DNA of 37,091 nucleotides from a virus (taxonomy: Duplodnaviria; Heunggongvirae; Uroviricota; Caudoviricetes): the IMG/VR virus record IMGVR_UViG_2700989362_000003; one strand, written 5' to 3'. Made by a program: the position numbers and the translations under genes. This document shows positions 11,679-21,132 of the stretch, piece by piece (the stretch's first letter is position 1; each line of letters opens with the position of its first letter). Below the pieces are notes generated by a model that saw only the letters and a list, made by a program, of their open reading frames with translations, was not told where the DNA came from and made no database searches.

Positions 11679-14232
11679 ACCGGTAGGCGATCTGGTCGTT
11701 GATTTGAGTCTGGATGCGGCCAGATTTGACGAGCAGATGGCCAGAGTCAGGCGTCATTTTTCCGGTACGGAAAGTGATGCGAAAAAAACAGCGGCAGTCG
11801 TTGAACAGTCGCTGAGCCGACAGGCGCTGGCTGCACAGAAAGCGGGGATTTCCGTCGGGCAGTATAAAGCCGCCATGCGTATGCTGCCTGCACAGTTCAC
11901 CGACGTGGCCACGCAGCTTGCAGGGGGGCAGAATCCCTGGCTGATCCTGCTGCAACAGGGTGGTCAGGTTAAGGACTCCTTCGGCGGGATGATCCCCATG
12001 TTCAGGGGGCTTGCCGGCGCGATCACCCTGCCGATGGTGGGGGCCACCTCGCTGGCGGTGGCGACCGGTGCGCTGGCGTATGCCTGGTATCAGGGCAACT
12101 CAACCCTGTCCGATTTCAACAAAACGCTGGTCCTTTCCGGTAATCAGGCGGGACTGACGGCAGATCGTATGCTGGTCCTGTCCAGAGCCGGGCAGGCGGC
12201 AGGGCTGACGTTTAACCAGACCAGCGAGTCACTCAGCGCACTGGTTAAGGCGGGGGTAAGCGGTGAGGCTCAGATTGCGTCCATCAGCCAGAGTGTGGCG
12301 CGTTTCTCCTATGCATCCGGCGTGGAGGTGGACAAGGTCGCTGAAGCCTTCGGGAAGCTGACCACAGACCCGACGTCGGGGCTGACGGCGATGGCACGCC
12401 AGTTCCATAACGTGACGGCGGAGCAGATTGCGTATGTTGCTCAGTTGCAGCGTTCCGGCGATGAAGCCGGGGCATTGCAGGCGGCGAACGAGGCCGCAAC
12501 GAAAGGGTTTGATGACCAGACCCGCCGCCTGAAAGAGAACATGGGCACGCTGGAGACCTGGGCAGACAGGACTGCACGTGCATTCAAATCCATGTGGGAT
12601 GCGGTGCTGGATATTGGTCGTCCTGATACCGCGCAGGAGATGCTGATTAAGGCAGAGGCTGCGTTTAAGAAAGCAGACGACATCTGGAATCTGCGCAAGG
12701 ATGATTATTTCGTTAACGATGAAGCACGGGCGCGTTACTGGGATGATCGTGAAAAAAAACGCCTGGAGCGGGATGCAGCCCAAAAGAGGGTAGATCAACA
12801 GCGTCAACAGGACAAAAATGCGCAGCAGCAGAGCGATACCGAAGCGTCACGGCTGAAATATACCGAAGAGGCGCAGAAGGCTTACGAACGGCTGCAGACG
12901 CCGCTGGAGAAATATACCGCCCGTCAGGAAGAACTGAACAAGGCACTGAAAGACGGAAAAATCCTGCAGGCAGATTACAACACGCTGATGGCGGCGGCGA
13001 AAAAGGATTATGAAGCGACGCTGAAAAAGCCGAAACAGTCCGGCGTGAAGGTGTATGCGGGCGATCGTCAGGAAGACAGTGCTCATGCGGCCCTGCTGAC
13101 GCTTCAGGCAGAACTCCGGACGCTGGAGAAGCATGCCGGAGCGAATGAGAAAATCAGCCAGCAGCGCCGGGATTTGTGGAAGGCAGAAAGTCAGTTCGCG
13201 GTACTGGAGGAGGCGGCACAACGTCGCCAGCTGTCCGCACAGGAGAAATCCCTGCTGGCGCATAAAGACGAGACGCTGGAGTACAAACGCCAGCTGGCTG
13301 CACTTGGTGACAAGGTTACGTATCAGGAGCACCTGAATGCGCTGGCGCAGCAGGCGGATAAATTCGCACAGCAGCAACGGGCAAAACGGGCAGCCATTGA
13401 TGCGAAAAACCGGGGGCTGACTGACCGGCAGGCAGCGCGGGAAGCCACGGAACAGCGCCTGAAGGAACAGTATGGCGATAATCCTCTGGCGCTGAATAAC
13501 GTCATGTCAGAGCAGAAAAAGACCTGGGCGGCTGAAGACCAGCTTCGCGGGAGCTGGATGGCAGGCCTGAAGTCCGGCTGGAGTGAGTGGGAAGAGAGCG
13601 CCACGGACAGTATGTCACAGGTTAAAAGTGCAGCCACGCAGACCTTTGATGGTATTGCACAGAATATGGCGGCGATGCTGACCGGCAGTGAACAGAACTG
13701 GCGCAGCTTCACCCGCTCCGTGCTGTCCATGATGACAGAAATTCTGCTTAAGCAGGCAATGGTGGGGATTGTCGGGAGTATCGGCAGCGCCATTGGCGGG
13801 GCTGTTGGTGGCGGCGCATCCGCGTCAGGTGGTACAGCCATTCAGGCCGCTGCGGTGAAATTCCATTTTGCAACCGGGGGATTTACGGGAACCGGCGGCA
13901 AATATGAGCCAGCGGGGATTGTTCACCGTGGTGAATTTGTCTTCACGAAGGAGGCAACCAGCCGGATTGGCGTGGGGAATCTCTACCGGCTGATGCGCGG
14001 CTATGCGGAAGGTGGTTATGTGGGCGGTGCCGGAAGTCCGGCGCAGATGCGGCGGGCTGAAGGCATTAATTTTAATCAGAACAATCACGTGGTGATTCAG
14101 AACGACGGTACGAATGGTCTGCCAGGTCCACAGATGATGAAGGCCGTGTATGACATGGCCCGCAAGGGTGCCCGTGATGAAATTCAGACACAGATGCGTG
14201 ATGGTGGCCTGTTCTCCGGAGGTGGACGATGA
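11671..14232 (+). CDS. H: tail tape measure protein gpH
   Basis: 853-aa ORF, the same length as lambda H, with coiled-coil-rich middle and Gly-rich C-terminal region. Start overlaps the T stop. Confidence 0.95.
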   Translation: MAEPVGDLVVDLSLDAARFDEQMARVRRHFSGTESDAKKTAAVVEQSLSRQALAAQKAGISVGQYKAAMRMLPAQFTDVATQLAGGQNPWLILLQQGGQVKDSFGGMIPMFRGLAGAITLPMVGATSLAVATGALAYAWYQGNSTLSDFNKTLVLSGNQAGLTADRMLVLSRAGQAAGLTFNQTSESLSALVKAGVSGEAQIASISQSVARFSYASGVEVDKVAEAFGKLTTDPTSGLTAMARQFHNVTAEQIAYVAQLQRSGDEAGALQAANEAATKGFDDQTRRLKENMGTLETWADRTARAFKSMWDAVLDIGRPDTAQEMLIKAEAAFKKADDIWNLRKDDYFVNDEARARYWDDREKKRLERDAAQKRVDQQRQQDKNAQQQSDTEASRLKYTEEAQKAYERLQTPLEKYTARQEELNKALKDGKILQADYNTLMAAAKKDYEATLKKPKQSGVKVYAGDRQEDSAHAALLTLQAELRTLEKHAGANEKISQQRRDLWKAESQFAVLEEAAQRRQLSAQEKSLLAHKDETLEYKRQLAALGDKVTYQEHLNALAQQADKFAQQQRAKRAAIDAKNRGLTDRQAAREATEQRLKEQYGDNPLALNNVMSEQKKTWAAEDQLRGSWMAGLKSGWSEWEESATDSMSQVKSAATQTFDGIAQNMAAMLTGSEQNWRSFTRSVLSMMTEILLKQAMVGIVGSIGSAIGGAVGGGASASGGTAIQAAAVKFHFATGGFTGTGGKYEPAGIVHRGEFVFTKEATSRIGVGNLYRLMRGYAEGGYVGGAGSPAQMRRAEGINFNQNNHVVIQNDGTNGLPGPQMMKAVYDMARKGARDEIQTQMRDGGLFSGGGR

Positions 14233-14558
14233 AAACCTTCCGCTGGAAAGTGAAACCCGGTATGGATGTGGCTTCGGCCCCTTCTGTAAGAAAGGTGCGC
14301 TTTGGTGATGGCTATTCCCAGCGAGCGCCTGCCGGGCTGAATGCCAACCTGAAAACGTACAGCGTGACGCTTTCTGTCCCCCGTGAGGAGGCCATGGTAC
14401 TGGAGTCGTTTCTGGAAGAGCACGGGGGCTGGAAAGCCTTTCTGTGGACGCCGCCTTATGAGTGGCGGCAGATAAAGGTGACCTGCGCAAAATGGTCGTC
14501 GCGGGTCAGTATGCTGCGTGTTGAGTTCAGCGCAGAGTTTGAACAGGTGGTGAACTGA
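14229..14558 (+). CDS. M: tail tip protein gpM
   Basis: 109-aa ORF MKTFRWKVKPGMDVASAPSVRKVRFGDGYSQRAP... overlapping the H stop. Confidence 0.9.
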   Translation: MKTFRWKVKPGMDVASAPSVRKVRFGDGYSQRAPAGLNANLKTYSVTLSVPREEAMVLESFLEEHGGWKAFLWTPPYEWRQIKVTCAKWSSRVSMLRVEFSAEFEQVVN

Positions 14559-15256
14559 TGCAGGATATCCGGCAGGAAACACTGAATGAATGCACCCGTG
14601 CGGAGCAGTCGGCCAGCGTGGTGCTCTGGGAAATCGATCTGACAGAGGTCGGTGGAGAACGTTATTTTTTCTGTAATGAGCAGAACGAAAAAGGTGAGCC
14701 GGTCACCTGGCAGGGGCGACAGTATCAGCCGTATCCCATTCAGGGGAGTGGTTTTGAACTGAATGGCAAAGGCACCAGTACGCGCCCCACGCTGATGGTT
14801 TCTAACCTGTACGGTATGGTCACCGGGATGGCGGAAGATCTACAGAGTCTGGTCGGCGGAACGGTGGTCCGGCGTAAGGTTTACGCCCGTTTTCTGGATG
14901 CGGTGAACTTCGTCAACGGAAACAGTGACGCCGATCCGGAGCAGGAGGTGATCAGCCGCTGGCGCATTGAGCAGTGCAGCGAACTGAGCGCGGTGAGTGC
15001 CTCTTTTGTACTGTCCACGCCGACGGAAACAGATGGCGCTGTTTTTCCGGGACGTATCATGCTGGCCAACACCTGCACCTGGACCTATCGCGGCGATGAG
15101 TGCGGTTATCACGGTCCGGCGGTCGCGGATGAATATGACCAGCCAACGTCCGACATCACGAAGGATAAATGCAGCAAATGCCTGAGTGGCTGTAAGTTTC
15201 GCAATAACGTCGGCAACTTTGGCGGCTTCCTTTCCATTAACAAACTTTCGCAGTAA
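14558..15256 (+). CDS. L: tail tip protein gpL (Fe-S cluster-binding Cys cluster at C-terminus)
   Basis: 232-aa ORF with the C-terminal cysteine pattern CTWTYRGDECGY...CSKCLSGCKF typical of lambda gpL. Confidence 0.95.
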   Translation: MQDIRQETLNECTRAEQSASVVLWEIDLTEVGGERYFFCNEQNEKGEPVTWQGRQYQPYPIQGSGFELNGKGTSTRPTLMVSNLYGMVTGMAEDLQSLVGGTVVRRKVYARFLDAVNFVNGNSDADPEQEVISRWRIEQCSELSAVSASFVLSTPTETDGAVFPGRIMLANTCTWTYRGDECGYHGPAVADEYDQPTSDITKDKCSKCLSGCKFRNNVGNFGGFLSINKLSQ

Positions 15257-15261
15257 ATCCC

Positions 15262-15982
15262 ATGACAGAGACAGAATCAGCGATTCTGGCGCACGCCCGG
15301 CGATGTGCGCCAGCGGAGTCGTGTGGCTTCGTGGTAAGAACGCCGGAGGGAGACAGGTATCTTCCCAGCGAGAATATCTCCGGTGAGCCGGAGGAACGGT
15401 TCCGGATGGCTCCGGAGGACTGGCTGCGGGCACAAATGCAGGGTGAGATTGTGGCGCTGGTCCACAGTCATCCCGGTGGTCTGCCCTGGCTGAGTGAGGC
15501 TGACCGGCGGCTGCAGGTGCAGAGTGATTTGCCGTGGTGGCTGGTCTGCCGGGGGGCGATTCACAAGTTCCGCTGTGTGCCGCATCTCACCGGGCGGCGC
15601 TTTGAGCACGGGGTGACGGACTGTTACACGCTGTTCCGGGATGCTTATCATCTGGCAGGGATTGAGATGCCGGATTTTCATCGCGGGGATGACTGGTGGC
15701 GTAACGGTCAGAATCTCTATCTTGACAATATGGAGGTGACGGGTTTTTACCGTGTCGCACTGACAGAGGCACAGCCGGGCGATGTGCTGCTGTGCTGTTT
15801 TGGTTCATCGGTGCCGAATCATGCCGCCATTTACTGCGGTGACGGCGGGCTGCTGCACCATATTCCTGAACAACTGAGCAAACGAGAGAGGTACACCGAC
15901 AAATGGCAGCGACGCACACACTCCCTCTGGCGTCACCGGGCATGGCGCGCATCTGCCTTTACGGGGATTTACAACGATTTGG
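15262..15982 (+). CDS. K: tail tip assembly protein gpK, copy 1, cut 7 codons short by the N junction (allele a)
   Basis: MTETESAILAHARRCAPAESCGFVV... with the JAMM/MPN motif EIVALVHSHPGG...SEAD and an NlpC/P60-like Cys/His region. The frame runs into the N at 15983 and then reads L sequence, so the 437-aa track ORF is a chimera. Confidence 0.85.
15903..15982 (+). CDS. I: gpI 5' fragment (26 codons) truncated at N junction
   Basis: ATG at 15903 gives MAATHTLPLASPGMARICLYGDLQRF, identical to the start of the full I copies at 17222 and 18587. Confidence 0.6.
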
Positions 15983-15983
15983 N
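15983..15983. other. N junction 1 (K/I 3' end joined to L interior)
   Basis: Single n. Sequence to its right restarts about 1.3 kb upstream in gene order, matching 14665 onward. Confidence 0.9.
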
Positions 15984-16575
15984 TTTTTTCTGTAATGAGC
16001 AGAACGAAAAAGGTGAGCCGGTCACCTGGCAGGGGCGACAGTATCAGCCGTATCCCATTCAGGGGAGTGGTTTTGAACTGAATGGCAAAGGCACCAGTAC
16101 GCGCCCCACGCTGATGGTTTCTAACCTGTACGGTATGGTCACCGGGATGGCGGAAGATCTACAGAGTCTGGTCGGCGGAACGGTGGTCCGGCGTAAGGTT
16201 TACGCCCGTTTTCTGGATGCGGTGAACTTCGTCAACGGAAACAGTGACGCCGATCCGGAGCAGGAGGTGATCAGCCGCTGGCGCATTGAGCAGTGCAGCG
16301 AACTGAGCGCGGTGAGTGCCTCTTTTGTACTGTCCACGCCGACGGAAACAGATGGCGCTGTTTTTCCGGGACGTATCATGCTGGCCAACACCTGCACCTG
16401 GACCTATCGCGGCGATGAGTGCGGTTATCACGGTCCGGCGGTCGCGGATGAATATGACCAGCCAACGTCCGACATCACGAAGGATAAATGCAGCAAATGC
16501 CTGAGTGGCTGTAAGTTTCGCAATAACGTCGGCAACTTTGGCGGCTTCCTTTCCATTAACAAACTTTCGCAGTAA
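15984..16575 (+). CDS. L: gpL 3' fragment, duplicate of 14665..15256
   Basis: Encodes FFCNEQNEKGEPVTWQGRQYQPYPIQG...KLSQ, identical at protein level to the first L copy. Confidence 0.85.
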
Positions 16576-16580
16576 ATCCC

Positions 16581-17324
16581 ATGACAGAGACAGAATCAGC
16601 GATTCTGGCGCACGCCCGGCGATGTGCTCCAGCGGAGTCGTGCGGCTTCGTGGTAAGAACGCCGGAGGGGGAAAGATATTTCCCCTGCGTGAATATCTCC
16701 GGTGAGCCGGAGGCGTATTTCCGTATGTCGCCGGAAGACTGGCTGCAGGCAGAGATGCAGGGTGAGATTGTGGCACTGGTCCACAGCCACCCCGGTGGTC
16801 TGCCCTGGCTGAGTGAGGCCGACCGGCGGCTGCAGGTGCAGAGTGATTTGCCGTGGTGGCTGGTCTGCCGGGGGGCGATTCACAAGTTCCGCTGTGTGCC
16901 ACATCTTACCGGGCGGCGCTTTGAGCACGGGGTGACGGACTGTTACACGCTGTTCCGGGATGCTTATCATCTGGCAGGGATTGAGATGCCGGATTTTCAT
17001 CGCGGGGATGACTGGTGGCGTAACGGTCAGAATCTCTATCTTGACAATATGGAGGTGACGGGTTTTTACCGTGTCGCACTGACAGAGGCACAGCCGGGCG
17101 ATGTGCTGCTGTGCTGTTTTGGTTCATCGGTGCCGAATCATGCCGCCATTTACTGCGGTGACGGCGGGCTGCTGCACCATATTCCTGAACAACTGAGCAA
17201 ACGAGAGAGGTACACCGACAAATGGCAGCGACGCACACACTCCCTCTGGCGTCACCGGGCATGGCGCGCATCTGCCTTTACGGGGATTTACAACGATTTG
17301 GTCGCCGCATCGACCTTCGTGTGA
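16581..17324 (+). CDS. K: tail tip assembly protein gpK, copy 2, full length 247 aa (allele b)
   Basis: Same architecture as copy 1 but a clustered patch of substitutions: ERYFPCVNISGEPEAYFRMSPEDWLQAEMQ versus DRYLPSENISGEPEERFRMAPEDWLRAQMQ. Confidence 0.9.
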   Translation: MTETESAILAHARRCAPAESCGFVVRTPEGERYFPCVNISGEPEAYFRMSPEDWLQAEMQGEIVALVHSHPGGLPWLSEADRRLQVQSDLPWWLVCRGAIHKFRCVPHLTGRRFEHGVTDCYTLFRDAYHLAGIEMPDFHRGDDWWRNGQNLYLDNMEVTGFYRVALTEAQPGDVLLCCFGSSVPNHAAIYCGDGGLLHHIPEQLSKRERYTDKWQRRTHSLWRHRAWRASAFTGIYNDLVAASTFV

Positions 17325-17863
17325 AAACGGGGGCTGAAGCCATCCGGGCACTGGCCACACAGCTCCCGGCGTTTCGTCAGAAACTGAGTGACGGCTGGTA
17401 TCAGGTGCGCATTGCCGGGCGTGATGCAGGTGAAACCGAATTGTCTGCCCGTCTTAATGAGCCGCTGGCAAATGGTGCAGTGATCCACATAGTACCGCGT
17501 CTGGTGGGAGCTAAAAGTGGCGGTGTGTTTCAGGCGGTGCTGGGGGCGGCTGTTATGGCGGTTGCTATATGGATGCCGGGGGTAGGAATTATGGCGAGTA
17601 ATCTGCTGTTTTCTCTCGGTGCCAGTATGACGCTTGGCGGTGTTGCACAGATGCTGGCACCGAAAGCCAGAACTCCCCGTACACAGACAACGGATAACGG
17701 TAAGCAGAACACGTATTTCTCGTCACTGGATAACATGGTTGCCCAGGGCAATGTTCTGCCCGTTCTGTACGGTGAAATGCGCGTGGGGTCACGTGTGGTT
17801 TCTCAGGAGATCAGCACGGCAGACGAAGGGGATGGTGGTCAGGTTGTGGTGATTGGTCGCTGA
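17222..17863 (+). CDS. I: tail tip assembly protein gpI, 213 aa
   Basis: MAATHTLPLASPGMARICLYGDLQRFGRRIDLRVKTGAEAIRALATQLPAFRQKLSDGWYQVRIAGRD... overlapping the K 3' end. The middle third differs from lambda I as I recall it. Confidence 0.9.
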   Translation: MAATHTLPLASPGMARICLYGDLQRFGRRIDLRVKTGAEAIRALATQLPAFRQKLSDGWYQVRIAGRDAGETELSARLNEPLANGAVIHIVPRLVGAKSGGVFQAVLGAAVMAVAIWMPGVGIMASNLLFSLGASMTLGGVAQMLAPKARTPRTQTTDNGKQNTYFSSLDNMVAQGNVLPVLYGEMRVGSRVVSQEISTADEGDGGQVVVIGR

Positions 17864-17882
17864 TGCAAAATGTTTTATGTGA

Positions 17883-17902
17883 AACCGCCTGCGGGCGGTT
17901 TT
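17883..17902 (+). terminator. stem-loop in the I-J intergenic region (possible attenuator)
   Basis: AACCGCCTGCGGGCGGTT hairpin followed by a T-rich stretch, 20 nt upstream of the J ribosome-binding site. A second copy lies at about 19248..19267. Confidence 0.35.
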
Positions 17903-17923
17903 GTCGTTTATGGAGCGTGAGGA

Positions 17924-18127
17924 ATGGGTAAAGGCAGCAGTAAGGGGCATACCCCGCGCGAAGCGAAGGACAACCTGAAATCCACGCAGTTGCTGAGTGT
18001 GATTGATGCCATCAGCGAAGGGCCGGTTGACGGTCCGGTGGATGGATTAAAAAGCGTGCTGCTGAACGGTACGCCGGTCCTGGACAGCGAGGGGAAGACA
18101 AACTTTTCCGGTGTTACGGTGGTGTTC
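17924..18127 (+). CDS. J: gpJ 5' fragment (68 codons) truncated at N junction
   Basis: MGKGSSKGHTPREAKDNLKSTQLLSVIDAISEGPVDGPVDGLKSVLLNGTPVLDSEGKTNFSGVTVVF, then the n at 18128. Confidence 0.85.
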
Positions 18128-18128
18128 N
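18128..18128. other. N junction 2 (J 5' end joined to K interior)
   Basis: Single n followed by K-internal sequence (EIVALVHSHPGG...). Confidence 0.9.
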
Positions 18129-18689
18129 GAGATTGTGGCACTGGTCCACAGCCACCCCGGTGGTCTGCCCTGGCTGAGTGAGGCCGACCGGCGGCTGCAG
18201 GTGCAGAGTGATTTGCCGTGGTGGCTGGTCTGCCGGGGGGCGATTCACAAGTTCCGCTGTGTGCCACATCTTACCGGGCGGCGCTTTGAGCACGGGGTGA
18301 CGGACTGTTACACGCTGTTCCGGGATGCTTACCATCTGGCGGGGATTGAGATGCCGGATTTTCATCGTGAGGATGACTGGTGGCGTCACGGTCAGAATCT
18401 CTATCTGGATAATCTGGAGGCCACAGGGCTGTATCAGGTGCCGTTGTCAGCGGCGCAGCCGGGCGATGTGCTGCTGTGCTGTTTTGGTTCATCGGTGCCG
18501 AATCATGCCGCCATTTACTGTGGTGACGGCGAGCTGCTGCACCATATTCCTGAACAACTGAGCAAACGAGAGAGGTATACCGACAAATGGCAGCGACGCA
18601 CACACTCCCTCTGGCGTCACCGGGCATGGCGCGCATCTGCCTTTACGGGGATTTACAACGATTTGGTCGCCGCATCGACCTTCGTGTGA
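18129..18689 (+). CDS. K: gpK 3' fragment, copy 3 (allele c, lambda-like)
   Basis: Encodes ...HREDDWWRHGQNLYLDNLEATGLYQVPLSAAQPGDVLL...GDGELLHH, distinct from copies 1 and 2 (HRGDDWWRNGQNLYLDNMEVTGFYRVALTEAQ...GDGGLLHH). Confidence 0.85.
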   Translation, partial: EIVALVHSHPGGLPWLSEADRRLQVQSDLPWWLVCRGAIHKFRCVPHLTGRRFEHGVTDCYTLFRDAYHLAGIEMPDFHREDDWWRHGQNLYLDNLEATGLYQVPLSAAQPGDVLLCCFGSSVPNHAAIYCGDGELLHHIPEQLSKRERYTDKWQRRTHSLWRHRAWRASAFTGIYNDLVAASTFV

Positions 18690-19228
18690 AAACGGGGGCT
18701 GAAGCCATCCGGGCACTGGCCACACAGCTCCCGGCGTTTCGTCAGAAACTGAGTGACGGCTGGTATCAGGTGCGCATTGCCGGGCGTGATGCAGGTGAAA
18801 CCGAATTGTCTGCCCGTCTTAATGAGCCGCTGGCAAATGGTGCAGTGATCCACATAGTACCGCGTCTGGTGGGAGCTAAAAGTGGCGGTGTGTTTCAGGC
18901 GGTGCTGGGGGCGGCTGTTATGGCGGTTGCTATATGGATGCCGGGGGTAGGAATTATGGCGAGTAATCTGCTGTTTTCTCTCGGTGCCAGTATGACGCTT
19001 GGCGGTGTTGCACAGATGCTGGCACCGAAAGCCAGAACTCCCCGTACACAGACAACGGATAACGGTAAGCAGAACACCTATTTCTCCTCACTGGATAACA
19101 TGGTTGCCCAGGGCAATGTTCTGCCCGTTCTGTACGGTGAAATGCGCGTGGGGTCACGTGTGGTTTCTCAGGAGATCAGCACGGCAGACGAAGGGGATGG
19201 GGGTCAGGTTGTGGTGATTGGTCGCTGA
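18587..19228 (+). CDS. I: tail tip assembly protein gpI, second full copy
   Basis: 213-aa ORF with the same protein as 17222..17863 and only silent or near-silent nucleotide differences. Confidence 0.9.
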   Translation: MAATHTLPLASPGMARICLYGDLQRFGRRIDLRVKTGAEAIRALATQLPAFRQKLSDGWYQVRIAGRDAGETELSARLNEPLANGAVIHIVPRLVGAKSGGVFQAVLGAAVMAVAIWMPGVGIMASNLLFSLGASMTLGGVAQMLAPKARTPRTQTTDNGKQNTYFSSLDNMVAQGNVLPVLYGEMRVGSRVVSQEISTADEGDGGQVVVIGR

Positions 19229-19288
19229 TGCAAAATGTTTTATGTGAAACCGCCTGCGGGCGGTTTTGTCGTTTATGGAGCGTGAGGA

Positions 19289-21131
19289 ATGGGTAAAGGC
19301 AGCAGTAAGGGGCATACCCCGCGCGAAGCGAAGGACAACCTGAAATCCACGCAGTTGCTGAGTGTGATTGATGCCATCAGCGAAGGGCCGGTTGACGGTC
19401 CGGTGGATGGATTAAAAAGCGTGCTGCTGAACGGTACGCCGGTCCTGGACAGCGAGGGGAAGACAAACTTTTCCGGTGTTACGGTGGTGTTCCGTGCAGG
19501 TGAGCAGGAGCAGACACCGCCGGAGGGTTTTGAATCCTCCGGCTCCGAGACGGTGCTGGGTACGGAAGTGAAATATGACACGCCGATCACCCGGACCATC
19601 ACGTCGGCAAACATCGACCGTCTGCGCCTGACCTTCGGTGTGCAGGCACTGGTGGAAACCACCTCAAAGGGTGACCGGAATCCGTCGGAAGTCCGCCTGC
19701 TGGTTCAGATACAGCGTAACGGTGGCTGGGTGACGGAAAAAGACATCACCATTAAGGGCAAAACCACCTCGCAGTATCTGGCCTCGGTGGTGGTGGATAA
19801 CCTGCCGCCGCGCCCGTTTAATATCCGGATGCGCAGAATGACGCCGGACAGCACCACAGACCAGCTGCAGAACAAAACGCTCTGGTCGTCATACACCGAA
19901 ATCATCGATGTGAAACAGTGCTACCCGAACACGGCGCTGGTCGGCGTGCAGGTGGATTCAGAGCAGTTCGGTAACCAGCAGGTGAGTCGCAATTATCATC
20001 TTCGCGGGCGCATTCTGCAGGTGCCGTCGAACTATAATCCGCAGACGCGGCAATACAGCGGTATCTGGGACGGAACGTTAAAACCGGCATACAGCAACAA
20101 CATGGCCTGGTGTCTGTGGGACATGCTCACTCATCCGCGCTACGGCATGGGGAAACGTCTTGGTGCGGCAGATGTGGATAAATGGGCGCTGTATGTCATC
20201 GGCCAGTACTGCGACCAGTCAGTGACGGACGGATTTGGCGGCACGGAGCCGCGCATCACCTGTAACTCTTACCTGACCACACAGCGTAAGGCGTGGGATG
20301 TTCTCAGTGATTTCTGCTCGGCGATGCGCTGTATGCCGGTATGGAACGGACAGATGCTGACGTTCGTGCAGGACCGACCGTCGGATAAGGTGTGGACCTA
20401 TAACCGCAGTAATGTGGTGATGCCGGACGATGGCGCGCCGTTCCGCTACAGCTTCAGCGCCCTGAAGGACCGCCATAATGCCGTTGAGGTGAACTGGATT
20501 GACCCAGATAACGGCTGGGAGACGGCGACAGAGCTTGTGGAGGATACGCAGGCCATTGCCCGTTACGGTCGTAATGTCACGAAGATGGATGCCTTTGGCT
20601 GTACCAGCCGGGGGCAGGCACACCGAGCCGGGCTGTGGCTGATTAAAACGGAACTGCTGGAAACGCAGACCGTGGACTTCAGCGTGGGCGCAGAAGGGCT
20701 TCGCCATGTACCGGGTGATGTCATTGAAATCTGCGATGATGATTATGCCGGTATCAGCACCGGTGGTCGCGTACTGGCGGTGAACAGCCAGACCCGGACG
20801 CTGACGCTCGACCGTGAAATCACGCTGCCGTCCTCCGGTACCACGCTGATAAGCCTGGTTGACGGAAGTGGCAATCCGGTCAGCGTGGAGGTCCAGTCCG
20901 TCACCGACGGCGTGAAGGTGAAAGTGAGCCGGGTTCCTGACGGCGTTGCAGAATACAGCGTGTGGGGGCTGAAGCTGCCGACGCTGCGCCAGCGTCTGTT
21001 CCGCTGCGTGAGTATCCGTGAGAACGACGACGGCACGTATGCCATCACCGCCGTGCAGCATGTGCCGGAAAAAGAGGCCATCGTGGATAACGGGGCACAC
21101 TTTGACGGTGACCGGCGCGGCACGGTGAATG
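19289..21131 (+). CDS. J: central tail fiber/host specificity protein gpJ, 5' 614 codons, truncated at N junction
   Basis: Starts MGKGSSKGHTPREAKDNLK..., co-linear with the lambda J N-terminal and central regions up to ...[11 protein letters not shown], then the n at 21132. Confidence 0.9.
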
Positions 21132-21132
21132 N
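21132..21132. other. N junction 3
   Basis: Single n. Sequence restarts at about J codon 60 (ISGVTVVFRAGEQEQ). Confidence 0.9.

Noticed and set aside
15262-16575. 437-aa ORF that looks like a K-L fusion protein
   Set aside because: The frame reads through the n at 15983, so this is a chimera of K copy 1 with a duplicated L 3' fragment. The other long ORFs that cross N junctions (21129..23096, 23120..25072, 25066..26145, 26027..27748, 17924..18181, 18111..18689, 30699..30944, 32089..32517) are chimeras of the same kind.
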